Assembly (NCBI GenBank): GCA_964374025.1
Contig: CAYJWU010000001.1
Coordinates: 1-63,450, forward strand
Length of the DNA: 63,450 nt
Source: an uncultured Candidatus Saccharibacteria bacterium
Lineage (GTDB): Bacteria; Patescibacteriota; Minisyncoccia; Spechtbacterales; HO2-43-30
Reading direction: 5' to 3'
In this document: piece after piece, positions 26,876-36,647 of the stretch
Numbering within the stretch: position 1 is the stretch's first letter
How the letters are laid out: every line of letters starts with the position of its first letter
Position numbers and translations under genes: made by a program
Notes under the pieces: generated by a model
What the model was told of the DNA's origin: nothing
The model's database searches: none
Seen by the model: the letters and a program-made list of their open reading frames with translations, nothing else

Positions 26876-28321
26876 TTAGCAAAGATCTCTTCGAATCTTT
26901 TGGGCTATATAATCCGCGATCTTTGCGTGATTTCCTTCCCTGTCTTCAACGTGGTCTGATATAACTCCGCTCACAGAACTCATATACATACCCTCACTAC
27001 AGGTAGATATTACATTATATATAAACCAAAGCCACTCCTCTTTGTTTTCGTCGTATATCCCCGAACCATTTTGAATAGCTTTAAATATAGCTGCGGGAAC
27101 ATCGCAGGGATCATTTGCCTTATAGATGAGATTGCTGTAACTAAAATAAATTTTAGAATCCAACATCACAACCGGCTTACGTTTAAGATACGCTTCCCAT
27201 CCAGAACTGCCGTTTAGAACAACCACAGCTTCAGAATTATCTATTAACAACTGTCTGTCTGTTAAGGGATGGATCAATCTAACATTTCTGATTTTTTTTA
27301 TTTTTTGGAGCCTCTTTAGCGATAGTTCGCCCGGTGTGGCAGGGTGCTCCTTTACATATAGTTTCATTCCAACCGGTAAATTTTCAGCAATTTCTTTAAT
27401 CAAAGAGTCCTGGTTATCCGTCCAATAATGAAAGCTTGCTAAATTGAATGCTTCTCTTTCATAAAATATTGGAAAATACACATAAGGTTCTTTTAGGGGT
27501 TTATCGTACGAAAACATATTATACGTAACGTATTTGTACCACGATTGCCTAACCAATCTCTTATTGGCATACTTAGTTACAGCGGCATCAATGGGGTCAT
27601 TCTGAAACCGTGCTTTAACCGCGGAATGAAAGTAGTAAAAAAAATCCCGAAAACGTTTGATAAAAGACTCGCCCATAAAAATATTAAATCTTTCTCGGGC
27701 ATCTTTGTTGCTTGAAAAATAATCGGTAATATAATCCGAAGCAATCCTGCGCTGCTCATTTGTCAGCGGTTTATACCCTTCTTTTATAGAATTCATAAGT
27801 TCGCTCCAACAATAGTCCTTGCCCATATCGCATAAAACTATGTATCTTTCTCCGGGACCTGGCATTAACATCCCGACTCGCGGTTTTCCGCGCGAAACTG
27901 CCACATTATAAGCGGCCCTTGAAGAAAAAAATGCCGCATCAACCAAAAGCAAATAATCAATATTATGATCTCCGAAAAACTTTTCCCAATATTCGTACGC
28001 AAGCGCGATTACATGCTGCTTTTCCACTTGGTCTTTGGAGGAAACGCGATCCAAATAAATATCGGACTTATACACGGAATTTATAGGATATGGGCCATGC
28101 CCCAAATCAAATTTAAGTAAATCACTTTGAGAAAGTGCGATCTCTTGATCCCATATATTGGAAATAAAATATACCTCAAATCCATCACGTCTGCACTCCT
28201 GGAACAAATCTTTGGTCCTTGCCACAAATAAAAATTCGATACCCTTATCCTTGAGTATCCTCGCCACATGTCGTAAAAGTATATAATCCTTACCTTCTGG
28301 TATATAACAAACTCGAATCAT
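26876..28321 (-). CDS. GT-B-like protein resembling capsule-synthesis (KpsC/KpsS, Capsule_synth) transferases
   Basis: VKEHPATPG (HP motif) and VVVLNGSSGWEAYLKRKPVVML in the C-terminal half. Confidence 0.45.
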   Translation of the reverse strand: MIRVCYIPEGKDYILLRHVARILKDKGIEFLFVARTKDLFQECRRDGFEVYFISNIWDQEIALSQSDLLKFDLGHGPYPINSVYKSDIYLDRVSSKDQVEKQHVIALAYEYWEKFFGDHNIDYLLLVDAAFFSSRAAYNVAVSRGKPRVGMLMPGPGERYIVLCDMGKDYCWSELMNSIKEGYKPLTNEQRRIASDYITDYFSSNKDARERFNIFMGESFIKRFRDFFYYFHSAVKARFQNDPIDAAVTKYANKRLVRQSWYKYVTYNMFSYDKPLKEPYVYFPIFYEREAFNLASFHYWTDNQDSLIKEIAENLPVGMKLYVKEHPATPGELSLKRLQKIKKIRNVRLIHPLTDRQLLIDNSEAVVVLNGSSGWEAYLKRKPVVMLDSKIYFSYSNLIYKANDPCDVPAAIFKAIQNGSGIYDENKEEWLWFIYNVISTCSEGMYMSSVSGVISDHVEDREGNHAKIADYIAQKIRRDLC

Positions 28322-28325
28322 AATG

Positions 28326-29321
28326 TTAGTTCCTTTTTTTACCGATTAAAAGCATGTTGGATGATAACATATTTTTTGAAAGAAAATTTTGAAATTTCTC
28401 GCCAAGTTCCCCCCATCTGTCTATGAGAATCTGCTTTAAGAATGGCTGATTGGATATATCAAAATTTCCGGCAAGCACATCTTTCCTTACCAATTCAGCA
28501 TCCAATTGCCCGGGCGTAGAACTGTGCATAACATCGAACCCGCATATTCCCAGCAAAAGGGCTAAAGACTCGGGATGAAAATAATTTAGATGTTCAACGT
28601 CAACAGTATCAGACACTTCTTTCGTAACTTTGAGGTTGAATCCTTCTATATTGGGGCATGTTGTTATGACAATACCGCCCCTAGACAATACGGCCCTGCA
28701 GCCAAGCAAAAACTCTTTTGGAGAAAATAAATGCTCGATAACTTCAAAATTTGTTATCACGTCTATCTTCCCGCGGAACTTCGTATCTTCTATGCGCCTC
28801 TCCACAGTTTCAATTCCCTTCTTGCGGCACGTATCGGCTAAATCGGTATTTGGCTCTACTGCAATAACTCGTTTAAACAAGTTCAGTTTCTTGATTTCTT
28901 CGCAGAAAGTTCCAAAACCCGCTCCGACATCAACAATTGTTCCTAAATTTACTTTATATTTCATGCAAAGATCCCTTACTAATTCGGCCCTTGGTTTGAA
29001 AATTTTTTCACGCCGGGCGTTTTCTGATGCCGGAAAAATATATTTATTCCAATAAACGTAATTGCGTGAATAGCGGGAATACTCATCTATTACTTCCCTC
29101 GTCGGGCGGGGACAAACAAAAACCGTATCGCATTTCTTGCAGCGGACAAAGGTTAATCCGTATTTACGCCATTCTTTTTTATATTCCTTGGAATCGCATG
29201 CGGGACAACAAACCGCTACAAACTTATCCCTACGCTTTAACAAATCCCTGACATCGAGGATGAAAAGGCGCTTTTGCTCGGCCATTAACTCATCTGGCCG
29301 AATATCATTTTCTTTAAGCAT
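28326..29321 (-). CDS. class I SAM-dependent methyltransferase with an N-terminal zinc ribbon
   Basis: CPACDS...CKKCDTVFVCP, then VDVGAGFGTF and NFEVIEHL. Confidence 0.8.
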   Translation of the reverse strand: MLKENDIRPDELMAEQKRLFILDVRDLLKRRDKFVAVCCPACDSKEYKKEWRKYGLTFVRCKKCDTVFVCPRPTREVIDEYSRYSRNYVYWNKYIFPASENARREKIFKPRAELVRDLCMKYKVNLGTIVDVGAGFGTFCEEIKKLNLFKRVIAVEPNTDLADTCRKKGIETVERRIEDTKFRGKIDVITNFEVIEHLFSPKEFLLGCRAVLSRGGIVITTCPNIEGFNLKVTKEVSDTVDVEHLNYFHPESLALLLGICGFDVMHSSTPGQLDAELVRKDVLAGNFDISNQPFLKQILIDRWGELGEKFQNFLSKNMLSSNMLLIGKKRN

Positions 29322-29324
29322 AAG

Positions 29325-30131
29325 CTATATTTTAATGGATCGAGAGCCAAAAGCACTGCACATAAACAAAAGTTTCCATTTATCCTCCGCAGAGAAATTC
29401 AACGTATTGGGATAGTCTTTTACCTTCGGAAGGAGACTGGGCGCGCGTTTGTGAAGGTTATAAAATTCCTGCTGCACCTCCAAAAATCCATAATTCTTAA
29501 GTTCATACTTGTAATTGAGGGGGTTTGCGCGAACATTAAACGTGACGATCTCAGGACCCGCTCCCCCCGTAAGTAATTTCACAATAGAATCTCTGTCGCC
29601 CTCATAAAAATATTTAGCAAAAAATTCTACGGTATAACTATTTAAAGAATAGATATCAAAAAGTTCGTTTGAGTGAGTCACAATAAGCGCCCCGCCTTTT
29701 TTGAGCATCCTTTGAGCTTGGCGATAAAACATATCACTCTCTTCGTCGTTAAGATATGCCAAGACATTAAACGAAGTTATGACATCAAAGCTCTCTGATT
29801 GAAATTTCGCCATGTCATATACGCTGCCCACTTCGGCTCTTTTCCCATTATGGCCATTTTTCTTCAAAGACTTTTTCGCGAGTTTTATCATCTTTTCCGA
29901 AATATCTATACCTATACAATCCGCCTTTCTCCCAAGGAACTCAATTACTGTAGCTCCGTCTCCGCAGCCGAAATCAAAACATTTTTTTCCCACAAAATCG
30001 ATATCTTGGTACAATTTCCGTATCATAGAAAATCTATGAAGATGATACGCATTGTTCATTTCTTCCGCGTATTTCTTCGCGCTTATGTCCCAATGTTTTT
30101 TTGAATCAATGTCTCGTGAATATATTTTCAT
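29325..30131 (-). CDS. class I SAM-dependent methyltransferase
   Basis: CFDFGCGDGAT; FDVITSFNVLAYL. ATG at 30131 overlaps the upstream stop (ATGA). Confidence 0.8.
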   Translation of the reverse strand: MKIYSRDIDSKKHWDISAKKYAEEMNNAYHLHRFSMIRKLYQDIDFVGKKCFDFGCGDGATVIEFLGRKADCIGIDISEKMIKLAKKSLKKNGHNGKRAEVGSVYDMAKFQSESFDVITSFNVLAYLNDEESDMFYRQAQRMLKKGGALIVTHSNELFDIYSLNSYTVEFFAKYFYEGDRDSIVKLLTGGAGPEIVTFNVRANPLNYKYELKNYGFLEVQQEFYNLHKRAPSLLPKVKDYPNTLNFSAEDKWKLLFMCSAFGSRSIKI

Positions 30132-31285
30132 ATAGTATCCCATATATAATCTTTTACCCACTCGCCTCGCTCATTTTTCCACCATACCCTGGGGTTACGA
30201 AATGTATCGGCAATCTTATCGAATTCCTCCTCCGTCATACCCGTCATATTCAAAAAATATTCTAGGGATTTTCTTGCTTTGACATGATCATATTTTCTCA
30301 CTAATTCTATGCCCGTTTTACGATCCATAATGCCCAATCTTATATCTTTGGAAGTATGGTCGGTACAGCGGCCATAACCAAATTTTATGTATTTTAAATA
30401 ATCCTTTATTCCGTTTTCGTGGATATCATCCACGTTTGATGTTGTTCTATATGTCCTTTCAAATGGCTCGGGGTTGGGCTTAAAGCCGTATTTCAAACTT
30501 ATTTCCCGAGTATGCTTATTCGCATCCCAATACACATATACTCCCATAAAGACGCCACGAACTCCCACTCGCGCAATTTCTTCATCCGAGGGAAATTTCG
30601 CCCACAGCAAATCTTCCTCCGACAAACCCTCTTCGCCAACAAAGTCATACCAGTCATATCCGCGCAAGGAATCTTCTTTGCGCTCCCGTACCGTAAACTC
30701 TGGTCTATCATCAAGGCTGTATTTGCCCGCAAGGTCGAGAAATCCATGCTCTCCGTAAATAACAAGCGGGATATTGAATTTTACCGCGATCTGAAACGGA
30801 GTTGTCCATACCCCGCAATGAAAATGCCAGCTCATATCACCGGTTTTTATAAAACCGGCGCGATTCATTTTTTTAATAACTCCAAGGCTCGGCGTAAATA
30901 TGTAATGATCGACGCCAAATACCCTGCTGATATTGCGCAGATTCTCCTCGCCCGTGGGGGTGTAATTGTGAGTATAGTACGTAACAAGAAGCGGATTCAA
31001 TCCCAATTTCTTCTTTATATACCAAACTTGAAAGTGGCTATCCTTCCCTCCGCTAACTGGAATAATGCAATCATAGTTACTTTTTGTCTTATCCCGATAA
31101 GAATACAACAAATCGGCAAATTCTTTTTCCCTCACATTCCAATCAATCTTCATCTTCTCGTCATTCACAACGCAACCACTGCAAACTCCCTCTTCATTGA
31201 GAGTCAAATTTACCGCAATCGCAGGATACGTGCACCGCGCACAATATCTCATACGCGGAGGACGATTTGTGGGATCATGTTGCAT
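30128..31285 (-). CDS. N-acetyl sugar amidotransferase (PseA / WbuX / WbpG family, PP-loop ATPase)
   Basis: N-terminal Cys cluster CARCTYP...CSGC, then PVSGGKDS PP-loop. Confidence 0.8.
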   Translation of the reverse strand: MQHDPTNRPPRMRYCARCTYPAIAVNLTLNEEGVCSGCVVNDEKMKIDWNVREKEFADLLYSYRDKTKSNYDCIIPVSGGKDSHFQVWYIKKKLGLNPLLVTYYTHNYTPTGEENLRNISRVFGVDHYIFTPSLGVIKKMNRAGFIKTGDMSWHFHCGVWTTPFQIAVKFNIPLVIYGEHGFLDLAGKYSLDDRPEFTVRERKEDSLRGYDWYDFVGEEGLSEEDLLWAKFPSDEEIARVGVRGVFMGVYVYWDANKHTREISLKYGFKPNPEPFERTYRTTSNVDDIHENGIKDYLKYIKFGYGRCTDHTSKDIRLGIMDRKTGIELVRKYDHVKARKSLEYFLNMTGMTEEEFDKIADTFRNPRVWWKNERGEWVKDYIWDTI

Positions 31286-31299
31286 GGGGTGTGAAAAAA

Positions 31300-32127
31300 T
31301 TATACTCGCATATCAATGCCGGACTCCTTCATATACTTTTTGGCATTTATGATACTCTGCTCAGTAAAATTAAAAATATTCGCTGCCGCAACTGCTGTCG
31401 CTTGCGCATCCCTAAGCCCTTCTACAAAATGTTCGAAGCGGCCAACTCCTCCAAGGGCTATAACGGGTATAGATACTGAATTTACAACCTTTCGTATGAG
31501 TACGAGGTCATATCCTTTCCCCGTACCATCTCGATCAATGGAATTAAGCAGTATTTCCCCCGCTCCCCTTTCTTCAACTTCGCGACACCAGAGAACCGGA
31601 TCGAGACCCGTTGGTTTTTTCCCAAAATCCGTATATACCTCATGCTTCTTTGTAATCGGATCATATTTTGCGTCAACCGATACAATAATACATTGGCTTC
31701 CGAATAGTTTTGCGGCGCGCGTAATAAATGACGGATCACTAATGGCTTTAGTATTAATGCTCACCTTGTCCGCCCCGTTTTTTAAACAAATACGCATATC
31801 GTCAAGCGTACGGATCTTTCCCCCTATTGTAAGAGGTACCGTGCATTTTGCTGATATACAACGGACAACATCAACAAAGCTGTCCCTGAATGTCACTGGG
31901 ATATCTTTCTTTGAAGTAGTCGAGCCGATCATACTCAAACGATCACGATAATCATGACCTCCTTCCCTGCTTATGTCAAGGTAAATAATTTCATCGGCCT
32001 TCCACGAACTGAATCTTTCGACTTGCCCAATCGGGTCCCCGAGCGACTGATGGAAACTAAACTCTCGGCTGCGCACAATAATGCCGTTTTTAAGAAGAAG
32101 AACAGCGATAAGTCGTGGCTTCAACAT
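31300..32127 (-). CDS. HisF-like cyclase subunit (WbuZ-type), glycan-associated
   Basis: RLIAVLLLKNGIIVRS and the (beta/alpha)8 pattern with GADKVSINT and GAGEILLNSIDRDGT. ATG at 32127 is preferred over the TTG at 32136. Confidence 0.8.
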   Translation of the reverse strand: MLKPRLIAVLLLKNGIIVRSREFSFHQSLGDPIGQVERFSSWKADEIIYLDISREGGHDYRDRLSMIGSTTSKKDIPVTFRDSFVDVVRCISAKCTVPLTIGGKIRTLDDMRICLKNGADKVSINTKAISDPSFITRAAKLFGSQCIIVSVDAKYDPITKKHEVYTDFGKKPTGLDPVLWCREVEERGAGEILLNSIDRDGTGKGYDLVLIRKVVNSVSIPVIALGGVGRFEHFVEGLRDAQATAVAAANIFNFTEQSIINAKKYMKESGIDMRV

Positions 32128-32132
32128 AGGAT

Positions 32133-32756
32133 TCAAAGATCTAAAAAGTTTTTAAAAATTTGCAGGCCATCCATATCGCTCTTTTCTGGATGAAACTGGG
32201 TCCCCCAGATATTGCCATCCTCAACCAGTGCCACAATATCATGACCATAGCAAGATGTGCCCGCAACTACACGCCTCTCGTCTGGCACAAAATGATAACT
32301 ATGCACAAAGTAGAAAATGGGCTCACTCTCAAATCTACTTGTTATTATATGGCGATTTTCTATCGCAACGTTGTTCCATCCAATATGAGGCAATCTATGC
32401 CCCGATTCCCTTGTATCAATTTTTACGACTTTTCCTTTTATGAAATCAAGTCCTTTATGCGATCCCCCTTCAAAACCCTCCGAGGCAAAAAGCTGCATAC
32501 CCAAACAAATTCCAAGGATTTTCTTTCTCTTTTCAACAACTTCTTCGCGTAAAACCGGAATGAGATTCCGCACACGGAGCCCCAAAATACCCGCGCCGAA
32601 ACTTCCCACGCCCGGCAATACAAGATGCGTCGCCTTCCTTATCGAATCTCGACTACTTGAAATTGTTGCCGATACTCCAAGCAGCTCCAGAGAATTCTTT
32701 ACTGACGTCAGATTTCCTACGCCATAATCAATTATGCAAACCTTGTGATAATACAT
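32133..32756 (-). CDS. HisH-like glutamine amidotransferase subunit (WbuY-type)
   Basis: CIIDYGVGNLTSV, GICLGMQ (nucleophile Cys), QFHPEKS. Confidence 0.85.
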   Translation of the reverse strand: MYYHKVCIIDYGVGNLTSVKNSLELLGVSATISSSRDSIRKATHLVLPGVGSFGAGILGLRVRNLIPVLREEVVEKRKKILGICLGMQLFASEGFEGGSHKGLDFIKGKVVKIDTRESGHRLPHIGWNNVAIENRHIITSRFESEPIFYFVHSYHFVPDERRVVAGTSCYGHDIVALVEDGNIWGTQFHPEKSDMDGLQIFKNFLDL

Positions 32757-32786
32757 AGTAATATAAAAATAAACACCTAAAAAACT

Positions 32787-34196
32787 TCACGCATGCCCAT
32801 TCTTAAGCCATTGAACATTTGAATATCTTTTATCTTCGTAATTCACTTTCCCATATTCGATCAAATCCTTAATCTCACGCACCCCATCCTCTATCTGCTT
32901 TGATGGAACGAAATGTAGCTCGCTTCGTGCCTTTCCAAAATCAACTTTATAATTTCTGATATCTGTTGCTCCCGTCTCTATTTGTATGCGCGCATCCGGT
33001 ACAACTTCGTGAACAATATCCCCCAGCTCCTCTATTCTGTAATTTTGCTCATTGCTGCCGCAGTTAAAAATCTGTCCGCCTACTTCTTGTATCGGCGCTT
33101 TAAGAATTTTTATAATAAATTCTCCGACATCTCTTACGTGCACATTCGGCCTCCATTGCTTGCCGCCCAAAATAGTTATAATTTTTCCTTTTACAGCCCG
33201 TGCTGTGAGTAAATTCACGACAAGATCAAATCGCGGCCTGAAAGATTTTCCGTATACAGTGGCCAATCTCAAGATAGTGGGCGCGAAATTCTCATCTCTC
33301 ATTTCAAGAAGCGCCCTCTCTGACGCAATCTTCATCCTTGCATAAAGTGAAACCGGCCTAAGCTCTGACTCTTCGTTGAGAAGCTCTTCGGATTCAGTCG
33401 CTCCGTACACACTACAGGAAGAAGTATATATTAACCTATTTATCTGGAAATATTTACACATCGAAGCAATAAGTCTAGTCGCAAGATAATTTGTCTGCAC
33501 TGTAATTTCAGGATTTATGGAACAGGCATAATCTCCAACAATCTCGGCAAGGTGTACTACTGCGTCCACATCGCGCATTGCGTCCGTTAAGTCTTCCACG
33601 TGCCTTGTGTCTCCTTTTACAATCCGAAGATTCCTTCGAGATTCTATGTCTTTTAATGAATCGTAGCCATATAAAAAAGCATCTAATACATTAACGTCAT
33701 AACCCCGGTCAAGCAAATCATGCACCAAAACAGATCCCGTATACCCTCCCCCTCCTATAACTAATATCTTCCTTACGTTTGGGGATCTCCAGCCACTGAA
33801 TTTGTTTTCCGAAAAGCGCGAAAATTTATCTCCGCGCACATCCAATATATCAACCACTTCTTTCGTCTTATTAACTAAAGGGATTTTAAAATATTCGAAT
33901 GGCCCGCGCGCAATTACCCTATTGCTCCTTAGAAATTTATTTATGCGGAAAAAATCCCACGAATCTTCCGCGACTAGCGGATCCGTATTCATAATAGAAG
34001 CTATATGCTCATCTATTCCCACGCCCCTCAAAATTGCTCTTCGCACGTCGCCGTCCGTTGCCGAACCAAGAATTTTCTTTTTTCCATCAACAACAAATAC
34101 AACTCTCTGTCCATTGCGATCTATAAGTCCAATGGCCTGTTTTATGCTAGCTTTATCACTAATCAGCATATCCAAAATTTTAGATCTGTTGTCCAT
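32787..34196 (-). CDS. CBS-domain pair fused to an NAD-dependent nucleotide-sugar epimerase/dehydratase
   Basis: N-terminal ~120 aa are CBS-like (VVFVVDGKKKILGSATDGDVRRAI). Then VIGGGGYTGS Rossmann motif and YARMK (YxxxK). Confidence 0.75.
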   Translation of the reverse strand: MDNRSKILDMLISDKASIKQAIGLIDRNGQRVVFVVDGKKKILGSATDGDVRRAILRGVGIDEHIASIMNTDPLVAEDSWDFFRINKFLRSNRVIARGPFEYFKIPLVNKTKEVVDILDVRGDKFSRFSENKFSGWRSPNVRKILVIGGGGYTGSVLVHDLLDRGYDVNVLDAFLYGYDSLKDIESRRNLRIVKGDTRHVEDLTDAMRDVDAVVHLAEIVGDYACSINPEITVQTNYLATRLIASMCKYFQINRLIYTSSCSVYGATESEELLNEESELRPVSLYARMKIASERALLEMRDENFAPTILRLATVYGKSFRPRFDLVVNLLTARAVKGKIITILGGKQWRPNVHVRDVGEFIIKILKAPIQEVGGQIFNCGSNEQNYRIEELGDIVHEVVPDARIQIETGATDIRNYKVDFGKARSELHFVPSKQIEDGVREIKDLIEYGKVNYEDKRYSNVQWLKNGHA

Positions 34197-34834
34197 TAAT
34201 CCGCCTTATAGATTTTAATGATATACTTATGGCCCCTGTATTTAAAAAAGGCAGGATATCTCCCATTATCTGCTACGCGCAAGTTATTGAACGCTTCTTT
34301 TATTGATTTATTGATATCCAGCTCGCCATCCCGCCAAGTTCTTCGGCGATACCATGAAGAGGTGCCTCGCTGAACCCTTGAAACAAAATTCGGATATTTT
34401 GCAATAAATTTAAGTGCCATTTCGATTACTTTGTTTGCCTGCTTTTCTCTAAGTTCGTCGTGTAACTCGTGGCCTTCTAGTATAATGTGATCTTCGAGAT
34501 AAATATTACCGCTGTCTACCTTTTCAGTTGCTTCGAATAAAGTAAACCAAATTTTCTTTTTCCCTTCGAGAACTTGCCATATGAGCGGAGCAAATCCGCG
34601 ACCTTGCGGCAATTTACTTCCATGTATAACAATATTATGTTTATTCAACTGTAATATATCCCTCCCAACAATTCTCTCGCAGCTTAAAAGAAACAAACAA
34701 TCGCCTCTTTTTATTTGACTATAACTATGCGCCAAAAAAACTGCGTGACCCTCTTTGCGCAAACTTTCTCTTAATCCTTTTGCGTGGGGGATAAACCAAC
34801 TACTTGGGTTATCCACCAAAATAGTAATCTTCAT
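34196..34834 (-). CDS. formyltransferase-family protein (Fmt/PurN-like N-terminal domain)
   Basis: NIVIHGSKLPQGRGFAPLIWQVLEG matches the formyl-transferase core. ATG at 34834 is preferred over the TTG at 34843. Confidence 0.7.
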   Translation of the reverse strand: MKITILVDNPSSWFIPHAKGLRESLRKEGHAVFLAHSYSQIKRGDCLFLLSCERIVGRDILQLNKHNIVIHGSKLPQGRGFAPLIWQVLEGKKKIWFTLFEATEKVDSGNIYLEDHIILEGHELHDELREKQANKVIEMALKFIAKYPNFVSRVQRGTSSWYRRRTWRDGELDINKSIKEAFNNLRVADNGRYPAFFKYRGHKYIIKIYKAD

Positions 34835-34855
34835 TGGTGGCAAGTTTATAAAATT

Positions 34856-35530
34856 TTAGTACTCCCGAATTGGATATCGAGTACCGTACCTTTCCTCTAG
34901 CTGCTTCAGCCCCCTTGCCACAAGTCCTCGATCTGCCGTTATGCTGTTTTCACGACGAATATAATGGAATAGGGGGGTTGCTACGTGCGCGCCTTTGTAT
35001 TTTTGATTCATTATTTTAATAAGAATATCGTATTCCGGAAAAATAAGTTCTTCGTCATATAACCCAACCTTAAAAAGAATCTCCTTCCTAAACATAATTC
35101 CTTCTGCGATACTGTTAAAAATATTATCGCCCAACGATACGACTTTTTTTGTGTTATTTCTTGAATGCTCCCAGTAATCGCAGTACGCAAATGCCGCTTT
35201 TTTATCTAGATTGAGTCGAGAATACAGCTCTTCTATACAATTTTTCTCAAACATATCGTCTGAATCCAGTAAAATCACGAAGGGGGTTGATGAATTTTTT
35301 ATACCAACATTAATCGCGGAAACAGGACCGGCATGCTCACTTTCTATTGCGCGGATTTTTTTATTAAAGCCGCGCACAATATTTATTGTCCCATCAGTTG
35401 ATCCGTCATCCACTACTATAACTTCGTATACGCCTCCCCCAAAAGATTGATCTAGCGCGCTAGAAATTGCTCTCTCAACAAACTCCCTAGAATTGAAAGT
35501 ACGTATAATAACACTAACTTTCGGTTTCAT
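34856..35530 (-). CDS. GT2 glycosyltransferase (SpsA-like, soluble)
   Basis: VSVIIRTFNSREFV, VVDDGSTDGT, LDSDD. Confidence 0.85.
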   Translation of the reverse strand: MKPKVSVIIRTFNSREFVERAISSALDQSFGGGVYEVIVVDDGSTDGTINIVRGFNKKIRAIESEHAGPVSAINVGIKNSSTPFVILLDSDDMFEKNCIEELYSRLNLDKKAAFAYCDYWEHSRNNTKKVVSLGDNIFNSIAEGIMFRKEILFKVGLYDEELIFPEYDILIKIMNQKYKGAHVATPLFHYIRRENSITADRGLVARGLKQLEERYGTRYPIREY

Positions 35531-35539
35531 ATTTGTCTT

Positions 35540-36646
35540 CTATTTAGTCAGTATATCGTCCCATGTTATGCTTTTGTTGGAAGGAATATCTTGCACCGCT
35601 CTATACCCTTTCATTAGTAAATCGTAGTACTTTGGCTCCAATCCGCTCCTGTTCTTTCCTGGGCGCAACACAGCAATGTTTCTTGAAGTAAACTTTTCTC
35701 CCTTTCTTATGCCCCGTATCGCAAAAATAGTCCTGTACAAAAAACTCCTATAGTAGTTCTCCTGCTTAATGTTTCGTTCGGTTTTGCCAAGCACAATTGA
35801 GTTTATTTTGATGTCGCCGCCTTTTCCGGCGCGGAGCTTATTTTCCGTATCCCTTATTGCTTTCACCATAGACTTCAATTCTCTGGGATTAAGCGCAAAA
35901 GAATGATCCGGCCCTGGCATGCGCCTATCTAATGTTATATGTTTTTCAACAACCTTAGCACCCAGAGCAACGGCTGCCTTTGGCCCCATGGCGGGATCTC
36001 GGCTATGGTCGGAAAACCCGACAATTGCGCGCGGAAAACATTGCTTAAACATATTTATTGTACGCAAATTTAAAACTTTTAGAGGAGCTGGGTATACGGC
36101 AACGCAATGCATAATAACTATCTTATTGTTGCCTTCGTTCTCTATAGCTTCCACGGCCTCTGCGATCTCTTTCAATTTAGCCATGCCAAATGAGATTATG
36201 ACGGGCTTATTCTTTTTTGCGACATGGCGGATGAGTGGTATGTGCGAAGATTCGGAAGATGTAATTTTATACGCATCTGTGCCAAATTTTTCCAGCATAT
36301 CCGCGCTGACCTCGTCGCAAACTGAAGAGAAAAACTCCAAGCCCTTTGCGTGCGAATATTTGCGCAATTTGGGCAGCCACGCAAATGGAAGCTCGGAGTC
36401 TCTAATAATCTCTAATATATCGCGCTTTTCCCCACTTGCAATTTTATATTTTCCTGCATTTTGAGGATACATTCTCCCTGCTCTAAAAAGTTGAAATTTA
36501 ACAGCGTTACAACCAGTTTCTGCCGCAACGTCAATTAACTGCAGAGCTTGCTCATACTTGCCGTCATAATTAATGCCGATTTCAGCGACTACAAAGCATG
36601 GATTTTCTGCTCCTATTTTTGTTTTGCCTATTTTGAATTCCTTCAT
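35540..36646 (-). CDS. nonulosonic acid synthase (NeuB / PseI / LegI family) with a C-terminal SAF domain
   Basis: VVAEIGINYDG, NAVKFQ, MHCVAVYPAP, GFSDHS, EKHITLD. Confidence 0.85.
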   Translation of the reverse strand: MKEFKIGKTKIGAENPCFVVAEIGINYDGKYEQALQLIDVAAETGCNAVKFQLFRAGRMYPQNAGKYKIASGEKRDILEIIRDSELPFAWLPKLRKYSHAKGLEFFSSVCDEVSADMLEKFGTDAYKITSSESSHIPLIRHVAKKNKPVIISFGMAKLKEIAEAVEAIENEGNNKIVIMHCVAVYPAPLKVLNLRTINMFKQCFPRAIVGFSDHSRDPAMGPKAAVALGAKVVEKHITLDRRMPGPDHSFALNPRELKSMVKAIRDTENKLRAGKGGDIKINSIVLGKTERNIKQENYYRSFLYRTIFAIRGIRKGEKFTSRNIAVLRPGKNRSGLEPKYYDLLMKGYRAVQDIPSNKSITWDDILTK

Positions 36647-36647
36647 A

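Noticed and set aside
30512-31294. 260-aa + strand ORF, and the 211-aa + strand ORF at 31316-31951
   Set aside because: Both are antisense to genes with strong family motifs (the PP-loop amidotransferase and the HisF-like protein). Their composition is low-complexity and hydrophobic or basic, typical of shadow frames. The same reasoning applies to the many 60-180-aa antisense ORFs inside secA, neuB-like, asnB-like and other genes.
31300-32756. hisF/hisH as histidine biosynthesis genes
   Set aside because: No other his genes are nearby. They are translationally coupled to a PseA/WbuX-type sugar amidotransferase inside a glycan operon, matching the known glycan-associated HisH/HisF paralogues.
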